Source: Eukaryota sp. GEM-RC1
Lineage: Eukaryota
Direction of reading: 5' to 3'
Assembly: GCA_040285855.1 (NCBI GenBank)
Contig: JAUFOQ010000013.1
Location: 1,054,001 to 1,118,000, forward strand
DNA length: 64,000 nt
This document shows positions 36,701 through 49,117 of the stretch, one piece after another. The position numbers were made by a program, and so were the translations under genes. Position 1 is the first letter of the stretch. Every line of letters begins with the position of its first letter. The notes under the pieces are model-generated. The model was not told the DNA's origin, made no database searches, and worked only from the letters and a program-made list of their open reading frames with translations.

Positions 36701-38160
36701 GTCTCAATCCCACCAGACTGTACTAGAAAAGTGATAAAGTTTGTCTCATCATCCAAAAAGCCAGTCCCATCCTCAGAAATCCAAATCTCATATGATCCAA
36801 CATAATTGTTTCCTCTATGTGTACGCCTGAGAACATCAAACTCAAATAAATCGCCCTGAGTCAAGAATATAGTTCCGGTATCACATACAGGACCGACTTT
36901 ACAGAATTCAGAGGCTTTCAATGGGGTTCTAATGAAGTAGTCGTGAAGTGAAGATGCTGGAGTAGACAGGGTAACTCCAACAAGGAAAGCTTTTGAGTGA
37001 TCAACATCTCGAACTGGAACTTCAGCACATGGATCAATTATCCAATGGTTGTAGACGTTACTGTCCATCAAAGTTATTGAATTGAATGAAACATTCCAAA
37101 ACAGGATCCACTGGACAATGTCAGTAACACTTGCACCAAGGTCAAAACGAAATTCCAGACCAAAGTATCTATCACATTCGGTTTCAAGGGAAAATCTAAA
37201 GTAGGGTTTGTAAGAAAGAGTGAGGTTTGCAAATTCTACAAGTCTGAGACCGGTTTTCAATTCTAAATCAAAACCAATGTCCAAAATGCCAGTTCCCGAT
37301 AATTCGTGGTGTAAATCAGGTACAAGTGAAGCAGTCTCACTATTAGTAGACAGCCCATGTCCCTTTGTCCAGAAAAGTTCACGAACAAACTTCCGATTTA
37401 GTGAAACAACATCAGCAGTGAAGGATAAGTCATCAAGATCCAAGTTCGCAAACACTGTCATGTCCAGGAACAGCTGCATTTGAATAGGAATCTGACCAAC
37501 AAAGATGACATAGTCTTTGGCCAGAACACTAAACAAACGATGTGACCATTCCCTACTTAGCTTCTTCCCAGACAATTCAAAGTTTAACCCAAAGTTGAGT
37601 GTAACTTCGTGGCGGACTCCTATTCGTGTTATGCCATCCAGTTCTGAATAGTCCAATATAATTGATGCTATTGAGTCTATGCCAGCAAAAGGTCCGATTT
37701 CAAGTATCGGTAGTTCATCAAAGCTGTACATTTCATCCGCGTGTTGATTATCGGCATCATAATTGAGTGAGACAGACCAGGGGAACTCTGCTGTGTAGTC
37801 GAGAGATAGATCTGAAAACAGAGAAAGGGGATCCACTTCCGATAAAGTACAATGGTCATTGGTACAAGATGCGCCGTAAATGTCTCCATCACAAACGTAG
37901 AGATGTTCGTTTTCAAGGAAGTGACTCAGGGTCAGATCTGATTTAGAAGCAACATGTATCGGTGCAGTGTTCCTTAGAAACCCTGTAGCTTGGAAAACTC
38001 CTCTGTCATTACTAAAGGAGAGATTGAATGGTCCTGGAGAAATGCTTTTGTCTAGCAGAGCACTCTGCATAAATCCTGGCGCCACTTCCTGTTGTGAAAG
38101 GCATGGACCAACGCAAAAAAACACAACAATAGAGTACAGAATCATACGAGACTCGAACAT
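33750..38160 (-). CDS. Large type I membrane/surface protein (~1470 aa after two single-base corrections)
   Basis: Signal peptide MILYSIVVFFCVGPCLS, beta-rich ectodomain, CnaB/carboxypeptidase-regulatory-like FTGIVLDSYNETVAGAQVIING..STDSEGVF, TM segment FFFWFVIILIFVGLLLVLYLYLC and acidic tail. Three ORFs join by adding one T (coding strand) near 35005 and 34592. Confidence 0.7.
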
Positions 38161-38192
38161 TTGGACCAAATCTTTGTTTGAAATTCTTTTTG

Positions 38193-39359
38193 ATGAACGA
38201 TTCTTCCAATGAGGAGGACGTCCAGTCTGTCTCTCAATATCAGTCGTCGATTTGTGACTCTTCTACAATTAGATCTTCCGTATGGATGAAAGCATTAAGA
38301 ATCTCAATTCGAATACTTTGTACGCTGGTCCTTCTTGCCCTCTTTGTCTGGCTTTTATCTGTTGTCCTTGTTTCTCCTAAAGGTGGATGGTTCTATTGGG
38401 CTTCCCGAAAGCAGAAGCTACTTGTTCATGGCCAAGAGTCTAACGGGAATTTCCACATTTTGGATATTTCACATAATTGTGCAATCATCGGAGAAGTTGT
38501 GGTTGGAAGCAGTGATCATCATCACGTGAAACTTAGATTTTCTTCACATCAAACTGTCATTCATTCCAGTCACACACTGTCCGATATAGGTCTTCTTGGC
38601 TCTTTCTTCTCATCTTACTGGACTTATGATGGAATGTCATCGAAATCTGTATGTTTGATTGATTTCGTAACAAATCCCATACTGTACCCTTCTCTACTCA
38701 CCGTGAATGACACTTTTGCTAAAGAAAAGGTTCGATATTCTGATAATTGCATCAGCTATACAACTGATCATTCGACGGTTTGTCTTAGAAAAGGCGTGTT
38801 GAAAAGTTTTCGCTTGTCAGCATCTCCTTCGGTTGACAATGATATGATACCTGATACAGATTACTCAAAATCATTTGAAAAGCAGAAAATCGTTCCTTCG
38901 GAGATTTTCGATACTCATATCAATCGTTTTTGTTCTAAAGTGATGTCTCAGAAGTTGGTATTCGAAGCGATTGAGCACCGTGATGGTCTACACATTGAGC
39001 GTGCATTTAACCTACGTGATTTCCTTTCGTATGAGTTCAACAATTCTACCCAAATTTATGTTTCTGATTCAAAATCATTTACTGTGGATATTGAAACAGG
39101 AGACTGCTCCGTGAGCACCCTGGACACTCCTGTTTCTTATTTAGTCATTAAAGATCATTGGCTTGCTTTTAGACATACTCAAGAAATTATCCACGACATT
39201 GATTGTGACTGTTTTTCCAATATTGATGATAGGTTGTGTATTGATTCCAAACACGGATATCTGATGGAACTTTGTCAGAAGTCCTCTTGTTCCAGTTTTT
39301 CGAATCACTCTGATATTGATGAGGATGATGGTCGTTTCACGGTTCCTCATGCTTGTTGA
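38193..39359 (+). CDS. Type II membrane protein with Cys-containing luminal domain
   Basis: TM segment ILCTLVLLALFVWLLSVVLV near the N-terminus; long ORF. Confidence 0.65.
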   Translation: MNDSSNEEDVQSVSQYQSSICDSSTIRSSVWMKALRISIRILCTLVLLALFVWLLSVVLVSPKGGWFYWASRKQKLLVHGQESNGNFHILDISHNCAIIGEVVVGSSDHHHVKLRFSSHQTVIHSSHTLSDIGLLGSFFSSYWTYDGMSSKSVCLIDFVTNPILYPSLLTVNDTFAKEKVRYSDNCISYTTDHSTVCLRKGVLKSFRLSASPSVDNDMIPDTDYSKSFEKQKIVPSEIFDTHINRFCSKVMSQKLVFEAIEHRDGLHIERAFNLRDFLSYEFNNSTQIYVSDSKSFTVDIETGDCSVSTLDTPVSYLVIKDHWLAFRHTQEIIHDIDCDCFSNIDDRLCIDSKHGYLMELCQKSSCSSFSNHSDIDEDDGRFTVPHAC

Positions 39360-40228
39360 GCCTAATGAAACACATCTTCATGTAAAGATATTGAATCAAG
39401 CATTGTGAGTTGTTCATTTTGATGTAAGAGAATCAATTTCCAGAAACATTGTACTATGGATTTCAGTAAATTATGTTTGTACTGTTTATCATTTTGTTAG
39501 GATCGAATCGGATAGTTTATATTTATGTTGCACGAAATGAAACGTTAATGGTTCTGTGGAAACCATAAAATGTAATCAAATTGTTGCATAAGTACAGTAT
39601 GTATTTTCGTTGAAAACTATGTTCTGTTTGATGAACTTGAATGGTCCTATTCTAGTATATGATTGTTATCATTATAATGGCAAGTACGTCAAACAGATAA
39701 AGCAAATATATTTTGGATTGTCATCTAACAACTTTATTCAACGTCATTTCTGTGGGGAATGGTGTTTCATATCAACACGTGCAAAATCAGTGCGCACTAA
39801 CTAAAAAAACCATTTAAATAACAGTATTTTCAGTAAAAGAAATTTTAGTTTAGGAATGTTCAGATGCAATAACACACAAATCCAGCTGTCCTGATTCAAA
39901 AACACTCCCCTTGTTTTTTAGTTAATTAATTAGAAACTTGTTTCTAACTGTTTTTTTAACTGGGGGTGTCTTTTCGTGTAGCTGTGATGGGATTCTTTAG
40001 TGATGGGTTATCAATGATATAACTACACTTAGAAACAATCGCAAACGAAGTTCGTGGTTAGCACCACCACTGTTAACACCTAGGAACAATTTTGTAGTGA
40101 GTTTGAAACTGCAAAAATGACTCAAATTCCATCAAATACTATCAGAAGAAAAGACACTGTATGGTTTAGCAGGCATAAATGAACTGACAGACATCAAAAA
40201 TATACAAAAACGGCATATACACAAAAAA

Positions 40229-40828
40229 CTATGACTTGAGTTGGTTAAATCTGGCCAGAAGATCATCTTCAGGAGTTTGCTGAGCAGGAGCGGATGTTGG
40301 TAACATAGTTCCTGGTTGACCTAGTTGATGCGACACTTCTAGCCCATGTTCAGAAACAACTTCGTCAATCAAGGAATCTACTTGGTTCTCAGGAGCAGAT
40401 GAGGCCATGGTGGTTCCCATTGCTTCATTTAAATACTGTTCTTGTACGTCAAGGGTACCAAACTGGTTCTCAAATTCACCCATTACTGCGGCGACCTTTT
40501 CGAGATTCATTGATGACAGAGCCTTGTCAAGATTTCCTACAACCTTAGACATGGTACGAGTGACGCTTCCTACTTGAACTGCGGATTCGAGTCTAGAGGA
40601 TACAGCATCGATACGACTCGCCAGCCGAAGATAGTTCATTTGTTCCGACTTTTTACGAATGGCATTTTGAGCAAAGATGCGGGCGCCTTCAGTATTACCC
40701 TTTTCGATAGCTTTTTTGACTTTAGAGCGTTCAGCTTTCTCAGTCTTTTCTGCTTTTGAAGCCAGTCTGTTCATCTGCTTCACAGTAAACTTGAGCTGAA
40801 AGAGTTGGTTTGAAAGTGCTGAGTTCAT
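40229..40828 (-). CDS. CHMP1: ESCRT-III subunit CHMP1/Did2/Vps46
   Basis: LFQLKFT.KQMNR..KAEK.EKAE..KVKKAIEKGNTEGARIFAQNAIRKK, YLRLASRIDAV, C-terminal MIM1 EDDLLARFNQLK. Confidence 0.93.
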   Translation of the reverse strand: MNSALSNQLFQLKFTVKQMNRLASKAEKTEKAERSKVKKAIEKGNTEGARIFAQNAIRKKSEQMNYLRLASRIDAVSSRLESAVQVGSVTRTMSKVVGNLDKALSSMNLEKVAAVMGEFENQFGTLDVQEQYLNEAMGTTMASSAPENQVDSLIDEVVSEHGLEVSHQLGQPGTMLPTSAPAQQTPEDDLLARFNQLKS

Positions 40829-40899
40829 TGAGATGTGGAGTTGAAAGAATGAAGACCACAACTTTTTCCTGCCACATCTCTAAATCACAAACAACAACA

Positions 40900-41547
40900 A
40901 TGATCAAACTACTTTTACCTCTCCTTTGTCTTTTTGGAATAGCCCTTTCAGCCGTTAAGTGTCCACCTGGTAACTCTGGTCCTGGTGGATGGATGTATGA
41001 TGATCAAAAATGTGAAGATGGAGCCATTTGTGAAGCCAATGAAGCTGTTTGTCTCGCAGGGGATATGGGTGTTGGTGGATGCTTCGACAGTTCTATTTCT
41101 CACTGTATCAAGGGTACTGTCTGTGCTCTTGGCGAGGAAGCTTGTCCAAGAAAGCCTGGTCAAATAGGTGTCTGTTATCGTCCCCACATCAGCTGGTGTC
41201 CAGAAAACAGTAATGGTCTTGTTTGTAGAGTTGATGAACAGTGGTGTCCTAACGATATCAACGGTCCCGGTGGTTGTTATGATCCTGTATACGCTTTCTG
41301 TGACCATGGTGATATCTGTGGCCACTCTCAAGTGCTATGCCCTGCTGGTCCCGGTGGACAAGGTAGATGCATGTTTGCTCATATGGAAGAATGTCATTTA
41401 GGTATGGTCTGCCCAATAGGGAAAATGCCTTGTTTTGCCGGCAAGTTGGGAGTTGGTGGGTGTTATGATCCTAAATTCCAGAAGTGTTTTAATGGTGACG
41501 TGGCATCTGAAGAAACTGAAAATGTTTTATATTCAGATGATCTTTAA
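40900..41547 (+). CDS. Secreted Cys/Gly-rich repeat protein
   Basis: Signal peptide MIKLLLPLLCLFGIALS; ~6 repeats of ~31 aa with pattern C..G..G.GGCYDP....C..G.VC. Confidence 0.8.
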   Translation: MIKLLLPLLCLFGIALSAVKCPPGNSGPGGWMYDDQKCEDGAICEANEAVCLAGDMGVGGCFDSSISHCIKGTVCALGEEACPRKPGQIGVCYRPHISWCPENSNGLVCRVDEQWCPNDINGPGGCYDPVYAFCDHGDICGHSQVLCPAGPGGQGRCMFAHMEECHLGMVCPIGKMPCFAGKLGVGGCYDPKFQKCFNGDVASEETENVLYSDDL

Positions 41548-41710
41548 ATCTCTCTCTAATTTGTATAGACTATTTTAAATATCTTTGGCTATCTTAACAA
41601 GAACCAATGAATGTTGTTTTATAAATCAATCGACACTTTTCTTATTGTGCTGAAACTCGTACAGAAGTGTTTAAAATACAGGAAAAAATCAAAATAATTG
41701 ACTAATAAAT

Positions 41711-42526
41711 CTAACTGATGGCGATGTCAAAGTCCAGTAATTTATCCACTTCTTCCAAGAGTTCATCTGTGATTTCATTTTCCAATAAAAACTTTAATGA
41801 ATCACGTATATCAGCATCAGAAATGATTTCTAATGAAGGACATTGGTCTAATTTGACAGCAATCAATTCCGATGCTAAATCATTAGTTAAAGGTATTCCT
41901 TGAATAATCAATGAACGAACGCCAGTCTTGATAAAATTTAAAATTTCTAGTAGCGATTGCTCAGAGAAATTATTAGCAGAAATATTTAAAGTCAGTGGCT
42001 CAGCATGTAGATTATGATGTCCAAATCTCAAAGATGACTCCCAGAAGAATTCGTCGTATTTTGAAGAAAAACAAGAGAGAAAAGTCTGAAGATATTGTAC
42101 ATCTGAATCATTAAGACCAACATCAATCAAACAAACATAGCATCGCTTGATAGGGAAATTGAAAACGTGTGAAAAGAAGGTTTGCTTTTGGGGGATTTTC
42201 ATGTGTGAAAGCGAGAAGAAATTGAGATTTGGGGAAGCTGCAACGAGTTCGATTAGTTTGAGATAAGCAGCAGCAGGAAGATATATATTAGAGAGAGTTA
42301 ATGAGAGGAGAGAAGAAGATGATCGGACGACATACATCAAAGCATTAAGAAACTTTTTGTACACAGATGAAGATGGGAGAGAGTCTTTAGAGATGGTAGC
42401 CTTCTTTGTTCTACGCTTCAACCCAAATGAGATGTGAAGAGAATCGATAGAAGACACAGAAGCCCGGAGTTGTTTAGTTGTCTGTTCAAGGTCATCAATA
42501 GTAAGTTCATTAATGGCGATGTCCAT
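41711..42526 (-). CDS. Divergent RNI-like/LRR protein
   Basis: LLSLTLSNIYL, LIDVGLNDSDV, LNISANNFSE resemble degenerate LRRs. Confidence 0.5.
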   Translation of the reverse strand: MDIAINELTIDDLEQTTKQLRASVSSIDSLHISFGLKRRTKKATISKDSLPSSSVYKKFLNALMYVVRSSSSLLSLTLSNIYLPAAAYLKLIELVAASPNLNFFSLSHMKIPQKQTFFSHVFNFPIKRCYVCLIDVGLNDSDVQYLQTFLSCFSSKYDEFFWESSLRFGHHNLHAEPLTLNISANNFSEQSLLEILNFIKTGVRSLIIQGIPLTNDLASELIAVKLDQCPSLEIISDADIRDSLKFLLENEITDELLEEVDKLLDFDIAIS

Positions 42527-42967
42527 CAAAGGTACATTAACGATGATCTGATCAAGGATGAAGACTTGTTGTGTGACAGAAAAATGTTATCAAAATCCTC
42601 ACCAATCATCTGCTTAATATTGTAAATAAGTGTTAAGCTTCACAACGTGGACAAAGATTCATTGTTGTTCTATATCGAAATCCACCATTATTTAAAGATC
42701 GTAAATATATTTAGTGAAAACAATATCCGTGCTTTAATCATTGTTATAAGTTCACCCTCGATGAAATGTTTCTTTTCAATACCACACCAAGAACGGGCGG
42801 TAATAGTAGTTTTATTTCCGATAAATACAAAATCAAAAATACAAAATATACATTTAAACAGTGTTCGCAAGTCCAGGGTCTCCATAAATAGATGTGTTTT
42901 GAACAGGAGCAACAATAGCACCTTTAGGAGGACCAGAGTTGGGTGCTTTGGACTCTTCTGGTTTGAA

Positions 42968-43763
42968 TCACATTCCCAATTTGTGTAAAAGATAATGAAA
43001 TACAAACCCAATAACACCAATAGCCAAAAAGAAGATTCCGAGAGGAACAAGCATAGACACAGGACTCTCTCCATCATATGCGATACTTAATTGCTGTATG
43101 TCTATGTTAGATGAAGGACCTTGTAGAATAACTGTCTTGTCACCCAGATTATCTACTTTGCATTCCTTCAAACTAGAGCAAGCTAGTTCGCACTTGTCCA
43201 GATTGTGTGTTTTTAAGTTAAGATCGAAATTGACTCGCGAGTAGAAGTCCTCATAGTCGTAAGTAAATCGAACGTAGTGGACTAAGTTTGCTCTTGCTAT
43301 TACATTACACTTACCCAACACACAATTGAAATTGACATAGCGTCGACGAAACATTCTGTTTTGACCAGTGAAGACTGTGATTTCGAGCCCAGAATCCATC
43401 CACATTGAGTTAAAGTCAAAATCGAGTTCCGAACCAGAGTTTAGATTGAAGCTGTATGTTATAGAGGAAGTATCCTCAAAGTCGATATTGTCAGAGAAAG
43501 CATAACGAACAGTTGAAACATCAGTTAATGGGGTGTTTTTTGGGCAAGATGACATTTCCGCGCCCTCTAGTGATCAAAACCTCTTCATTAAACTCAGAGA
43601 GATCGTAGAGATTAAGAGTACTGCGGGGAATGAGAGGTATTCGATTGGAATCGAGACCGATCGAAAGCAAAATCACACCAATAACACATGAGACAAACAA
43701 AGCACAGAACAGCTTTTGTTTTGTTAACTTGAAGGACAAATTCATGTTTTTGAAGAAGCTCAT
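42968..43763 (-). CDS. Two-TM membrane protein (one apparent extra base near 43536-43541)
   Basis: N-terminal TM LFCALFVSCVIGVILLSIGL and C-terminal TM LVPLGIFFLAIGVIGFVFHYLL; the ORFs join at VILPK|NTPLTD. Confidence 0.6.
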
Positions 43764-44988
43764 GAAGGACCAAACGTGATAAGTAAATAGCGTCAGGTAA
43801 GTGATCCAATCCTCACTCACATTCCTGGTTTCGAAAACATGGTATATAAGACATAATTACTACTCAAAACGACTGTCACACCCTAGCAGCTGCGATCTGA
43901 CCAGTTACTATCGTTACTGTTCTCAATTACAGTCTATATTGAGAACGTATTCACAAATGCTTACAATGAAATTTAGATATAAGTATCTATATGGATGCGG
44001 ACATGGACAACGTAACAGACTGGAAAACATCCATTTAAATATCAACTGATGCAAAATTGTAGTGACTATTTTTCAATTGTCAAAATAGGTTTGTGTTTTG
44101 TGTGTTCCAATCGGTGGCCAAACTTATTAAGTCAAGTATCTACATGTTGTCTTAAAACAGTGATGTCGTGTTTCAGGGAATCTATTTGGATGTTCCTTTT
44201 GTCCATTTCATCGTCAAAATACAAAGCAAATACAGTTCATTAGGGTTAGAGTTCATTGCAATATTGATTACAAGCGTTGTGTGTATAACTATACTAAATT
44301 ACAAAAACTAGAATTTGAAACACAGCGACACAACTGTCAAATCCTACAACAACTTTATTGGGGTCTAGATTGCTTTCTACAATAGGTCTTGTTAAAGCAG
44401 CGAAAACTTTTGAGGGGCCAGTAGATCGTGTTAAAAAAAGAATTCACTACTAGTAAAGATGGTAAAAACGGTTAGGCGAATTTATTTGAAATAAACACAG
44501 CGTATACAAAATACGATTCAATTACATTGTCAATTGTACGCTCAATCAATCAAATTATTTTACCGTTGAATACTTGTTATTTTGTGTGAAAGAAATTGAT
44601 GTAAACTGCGACGGTAAAAAGATCAATCATATAAAATAGTATTGTTCTAAATGCTAGAGGAAATATCTTGTCTATTGTACCTTGTTGTATACAAACGACA
44701 ACAATTGTTATTCTAAAATCAATCCTATTTCATACGTCATTAACTCACCTATGCACACTAAGCACAATTGCTGCTGCAGTATCACTTTCTTTACTGACTG
44801 TTCTAATCACAAGTGCAATTGTAGTTATTTCTATGAGGCCCATAATCAGACCAAACTAAAACAAGCTGACTAACATGGTAAAAGATGAAGAATTTCAGAA
44901 AATTGGACTTCTAACTACACTGGTATGCAATTCGTAAAAATGAGTTCAATATTTGTTTTAATGAGCCATTTTTATTGACAACAACAAT

Positions 44989-45072
44989 TTGTTTTTCAAT
45001 TCACATGATGATAATTTCATTCTTAATCTTGATTTCAAAAATGCGTTTAATTCAGTTAGTCGTAAGTATTTT
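44989..45072 (+). mobile_element. Reverse transcriptase remnant (non-LTR)
   Basis: Translates FILNLDFKNAFNSVSR, the D..NAFNSV.R motif of non-LTR RTs; isolated fragment. Confidence 0.65.
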
Positions 45073-45574
45073 ATCTTAATCACCTCCGTGGTGAAATAGG
45101 AAATCTTTCTCTGAGTTATGATCATCTTGCAGGCATGACTGTCTGGCCGTGAAAAAATCAAAATTTACACTCCAACAAAATTTGAAATGCTCGTTTCCCT
45201 CTCTTTTTTTGACAGTATTGGAATATTGACTTCACAGCTTTTGGTTCAGTTTTATGATTATAGCTCATAAACTCAAATTATGGGTCATTTTCAGAATAAG
45301 AGATTCAATTGCTCAATTTGACAAAAGAGTGAGGTGTTTTAATTGTTGCAACCGACGTTCAACATAACTAGTATTAAACTGAGTGTCTACCAGATAATTT
45401 GAAATTCTTATAGTTGAATCTGGCAATTTCGGTATCTAGAGCTTCAATGATCTGTGTTGTTTTGATTAATTCACAGTAACGTTACCCTTTGATGCCCTTT
45501 AAAGGAATTAACAATCTTTATGATTGAACAAATGCATACTGTAGAAAACTAGGATTTTGAAAGTGTAAAACAAA

Positions 45575-48001
45575 CTAAGGTGGGGATGGATACTGATCGT
45601 AACTTGAGGACAACGCATTCTGGAAGGGCATTGTCATTTTAGCAAAAAATTTAGGATTATTTAACAAGTAACAGTGGGAATGTTCTCGGCCAAATCTAGG
45701 ATTAAGTTGCTGTGCCACGTCATCTTTACAATGAGTATTGCAGCTCACCAACAGTGACAAGGAGAAATAGGGTATCGTTTCGTCTTCAGTTTCAAAAGAG
45801 AAACATTGTCGCATGTTGTTAAAAACTGTTGGAACACACAGACCTTTTACATTTTCGATTTGAACACGAATAGACCCCAACAAGTGTGTGCAATCATCTT
45901 TAATTGGATCGACAATTGTGTTAGAATCAGGATTATAAAATACTGGTATAATGGCATCGACATCATCAATTCCACGGGACATAAGAAACAGAACTCTATT
46001 AACCCAACCAAACATCAAAGCCTTACCAAATTCATCATAATTATTACAAGATTCATCAGGAAAAGGAACTGGATGAAGAGCTGTATCTTCCAATGACTAA
46101 GTGTATACTCACAAGGAACGCTAGCGGAAGAACTGGAATCTTTTAACTCAACGTTTTCACATAAATCTAAAAGCTTGGTGATTAGAAACTGGTTTGAGAA
46201 AGCCCAAAACACTTTCAGGGCTAACTATTAAGGAAGCATTCATTCGTAAAAGAAAGATCAAAAAAGCAGAAACACATGGTTCAATTAACAATCCAAAAAA
46301 TTGCGGAGTAACATGCTTAGAAAGATTAGTGCAAAGATGAAGTTGGAGTAGCTTAGCAAACACAGAGTCATCTTCTTTGGTATGTTCAAATACATAGCTC
46401 CAACAGTAAGCCATAACTAAAGGATCAATCAAAACTAAAGATCCAAAGAAAAACGTATCGTATTCGGACAAAAGTTCCCCAGATTTAAGAATGCTAAACT
46501 GATGTTCAACTGACTCAGCCACTAAATTGGATGCAATACCACCGCTTTGGCCAAGATTGCAATTTAGTGCATTCTTTGGGACCTCATTAAAAGGACCTCT
46601 TGACAACACTGACTTAACTTTAACTCCAATTTCAATTATTACATTATGAACAAAAGAGTTTTCAGAACAACCTAATACAATGAGTTGGAATGCATATGCC
46701 GTCCAAAATGGCTGACAGAAATACATTGTTTCAATGGAGCAACCTCTGAATCTAATAAGTGACATTTGTCTTTAAACAATGATTCAGGATTAACAATAGT
46801 AAAAACATCCAGAAGTGGTGGCCAAGTAGCAACACTGCTAAAACTAATAACGAGATAAGGAGGAGTAGGTTCAAGTCGGTAAAAATCTTTTGAAGAGGTT
46901 CTGATACAAAAGAATTTATGTTCATACTAGTCCCAGTTACTATAATAACTAACCGAACATCACAAGAAAGTAGATTTCGATCAGCATATCGGAGACACTT
47001 ATAATGACTGTGCGATGTATCAGAAACAAATTTCGACAGTAGAGTACCCACTTCGTCCAGAGCAATTACATACTCTTTGTCCTTATCCTGTGACTGAACA
47101 AGTGTCTGAGTTACTGCAGACATGGTGCTGCCTTGCTTGATAGACGGGCAGTCCTTTGAAACAGAACAGATGTGCCATCAATGACTCGTTGAAAAAACTT
47201 GAGCCAATCAAACTTGTCCAAATCAATTGACTTTTGGAAACGATAAATGGTGATTAGTGTAACTGAAAAACACTCATAAAAAACAACAGTCGGAAAAAGT
47301 GTTTTTCGAGAAAAATGCCATTCTTGGATAGGTGGCCACGTATGAACTCTATAATTCCCACTATAACGAGGAAAACAGAAATAGGAATGAATTAATTCAC
47401 CAAGATTACTAAGCAAGAGTCTAGTCTTGCCTAGTCCAGTCGAGTTAATCACAGGTAAGATTGGAGAGTGAAAACGTTCCAAGAAAGCGAACAGCGATGG
47501 GTTCTTCATAACATGTAACAATCCCATGACAGCAGAAGAAAACTTCTCATCTCTATTACCCGCTTGATACCTCTGACCAAGAAGCGGATCACTGGACTGT
47601 ACTTCACTAGATTGGACCCAAGGCCTGGACTTGAAAAGCTTGATGACGTTGGACTGAGGAGACTCGAGTTGGACAAACTCATGGTTGTTAAGGAGATCCT
47701 TAAAGGAATGAAACTTTAACTTTTCCGAATCAAGCACATCCTTGGACAAAAGCAGATCAATAGATTTGTGTAGCAACTGGGAACGCAGATTATTTTCTGA
47801 AAGTTCGAGAAGAGACTGATCTTGTGACCTAATAAGGTCAGCAACCTCTGACGGAACCTCAAACGAAGTCACAGGGCTTATCGGAGGAGGACCTTGAGAA
47901 GGTGTAGTATCAATGGAAGAAGGCGAATAAGAAGAAGAGACACTAGACTCTGCTACTCTTGGTTTTGTATTTGGTGGTTCTGTCTGTTGTGGTGATGACA
48001 T
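45575..48001 (-). CDS. Crinkler-like P-loop NTPase + restriction-endonuclease-fold effector (multiple frame breaks)
   Basis: Walker A VINSTGLGKTRLL, Walker B YVIALDEVG, C-terminal GIDDVDAIIPV...SIRVQIEN resembling the D..IPV...QxK REase motif; spread over 5 overlapping ORFs. Confidence 0.55.
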
Positions 48002-48640
48002 GGGTTGAGACAGGAGTTGACTCTTTGGTCAGTGAAATGTGAAGTCCAACAGTTTCTTCAAGTACCGCTATATTGTGTTTTGCTCTATGTCCCTTCCACG
48101 TAATCATGTACTTATTATAAATTGAGGTCATTATTCCATTACAACATCAGCCTTACCTTCCTTTTGTTCTTCCCTACCAACAGCTTGTATTTCCAGCGTG
48201 GTTACCTTGCAAAAGTACAGGATAATCACACTCACTGAGGGCAGAAATATACCATTGATGCCATCAAAAGGCCAGCCAACCAAAGTGTTTGGTTTTGATA
48301 AATTGTGACTAATGCTTCTTAAAACGGATAATTTTTAGATCAACGATATTGATAAGGAACTCAGCTTGTATTTTCGATTATGCAATAAATATAACTATAA
48401 TCTTTGGATAACGTAAGTCTCTATATCATTTTAAATTCTTGACTCTATTCAAAAAGACGGTTAAGTGTTTTCTAAGAGAATACAAGTTAATTATGTCTTT
48501 GATACTCTTACATGTTTATATTGGATATGTTTGAACAATGAATTTCGGTTACTTGGGCAATGTCAGCGATGCGACAATATTAATTAATTGTTACATCTTT
48601 GATTAAACCATTGGTGACACAAAAACATGTAAAACATGTT

Positions 48641-49042
48641 GAATACGAATTATGCATCTTTGCTGTTTCAATTTATGACCGTTTAGGAAAAAGTGTATTG
48701 GATATATACCGATTGCGGAAAACTTGTAAAGAAAGAGGATGTACAAATGTTTTGATCATATGTTATGGTTGAATCGTATCGTTTTTACAACTTTTACAAC
48801 AAAACGATTCCCCTAATCATCTCCAATGTATTATTAGCAGTGAGTTCCTTTTATGAGGACAAAGCTGTTGTAAGATTTGATAGTGACGGGTGTTGTTTTA
48901 ATGATATCAAATTTTAGCTGTTTGATCTATTACATTTATAATAAATAAAGAATATGGTTTTGAATTGATTTTTGTGTCTGTTAGTTATTAACTTCTGCAA
49001 ATGCATTTATTTCACTGACTGATCATAAACCCCGTTTTTTTT
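48641..49042 (+). mobile_element. Decayed RLE-type LINE 3' end
   Basis: ELCIFAVSIYDRLG (48641-) and LWLNRIVF (48763-) match FVPFAISIFGNIG and VWINRIMF of 26716-27288; ends CATAAACCCCG-T8. Confidence 0.6.
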
Positions 49043-49117
49043 AAGAATATGAATGTGATGAATAAATACCAATAGAACCAGAATTTATGAACATAAATAT
49101 TGAATAAAACAATAAAC

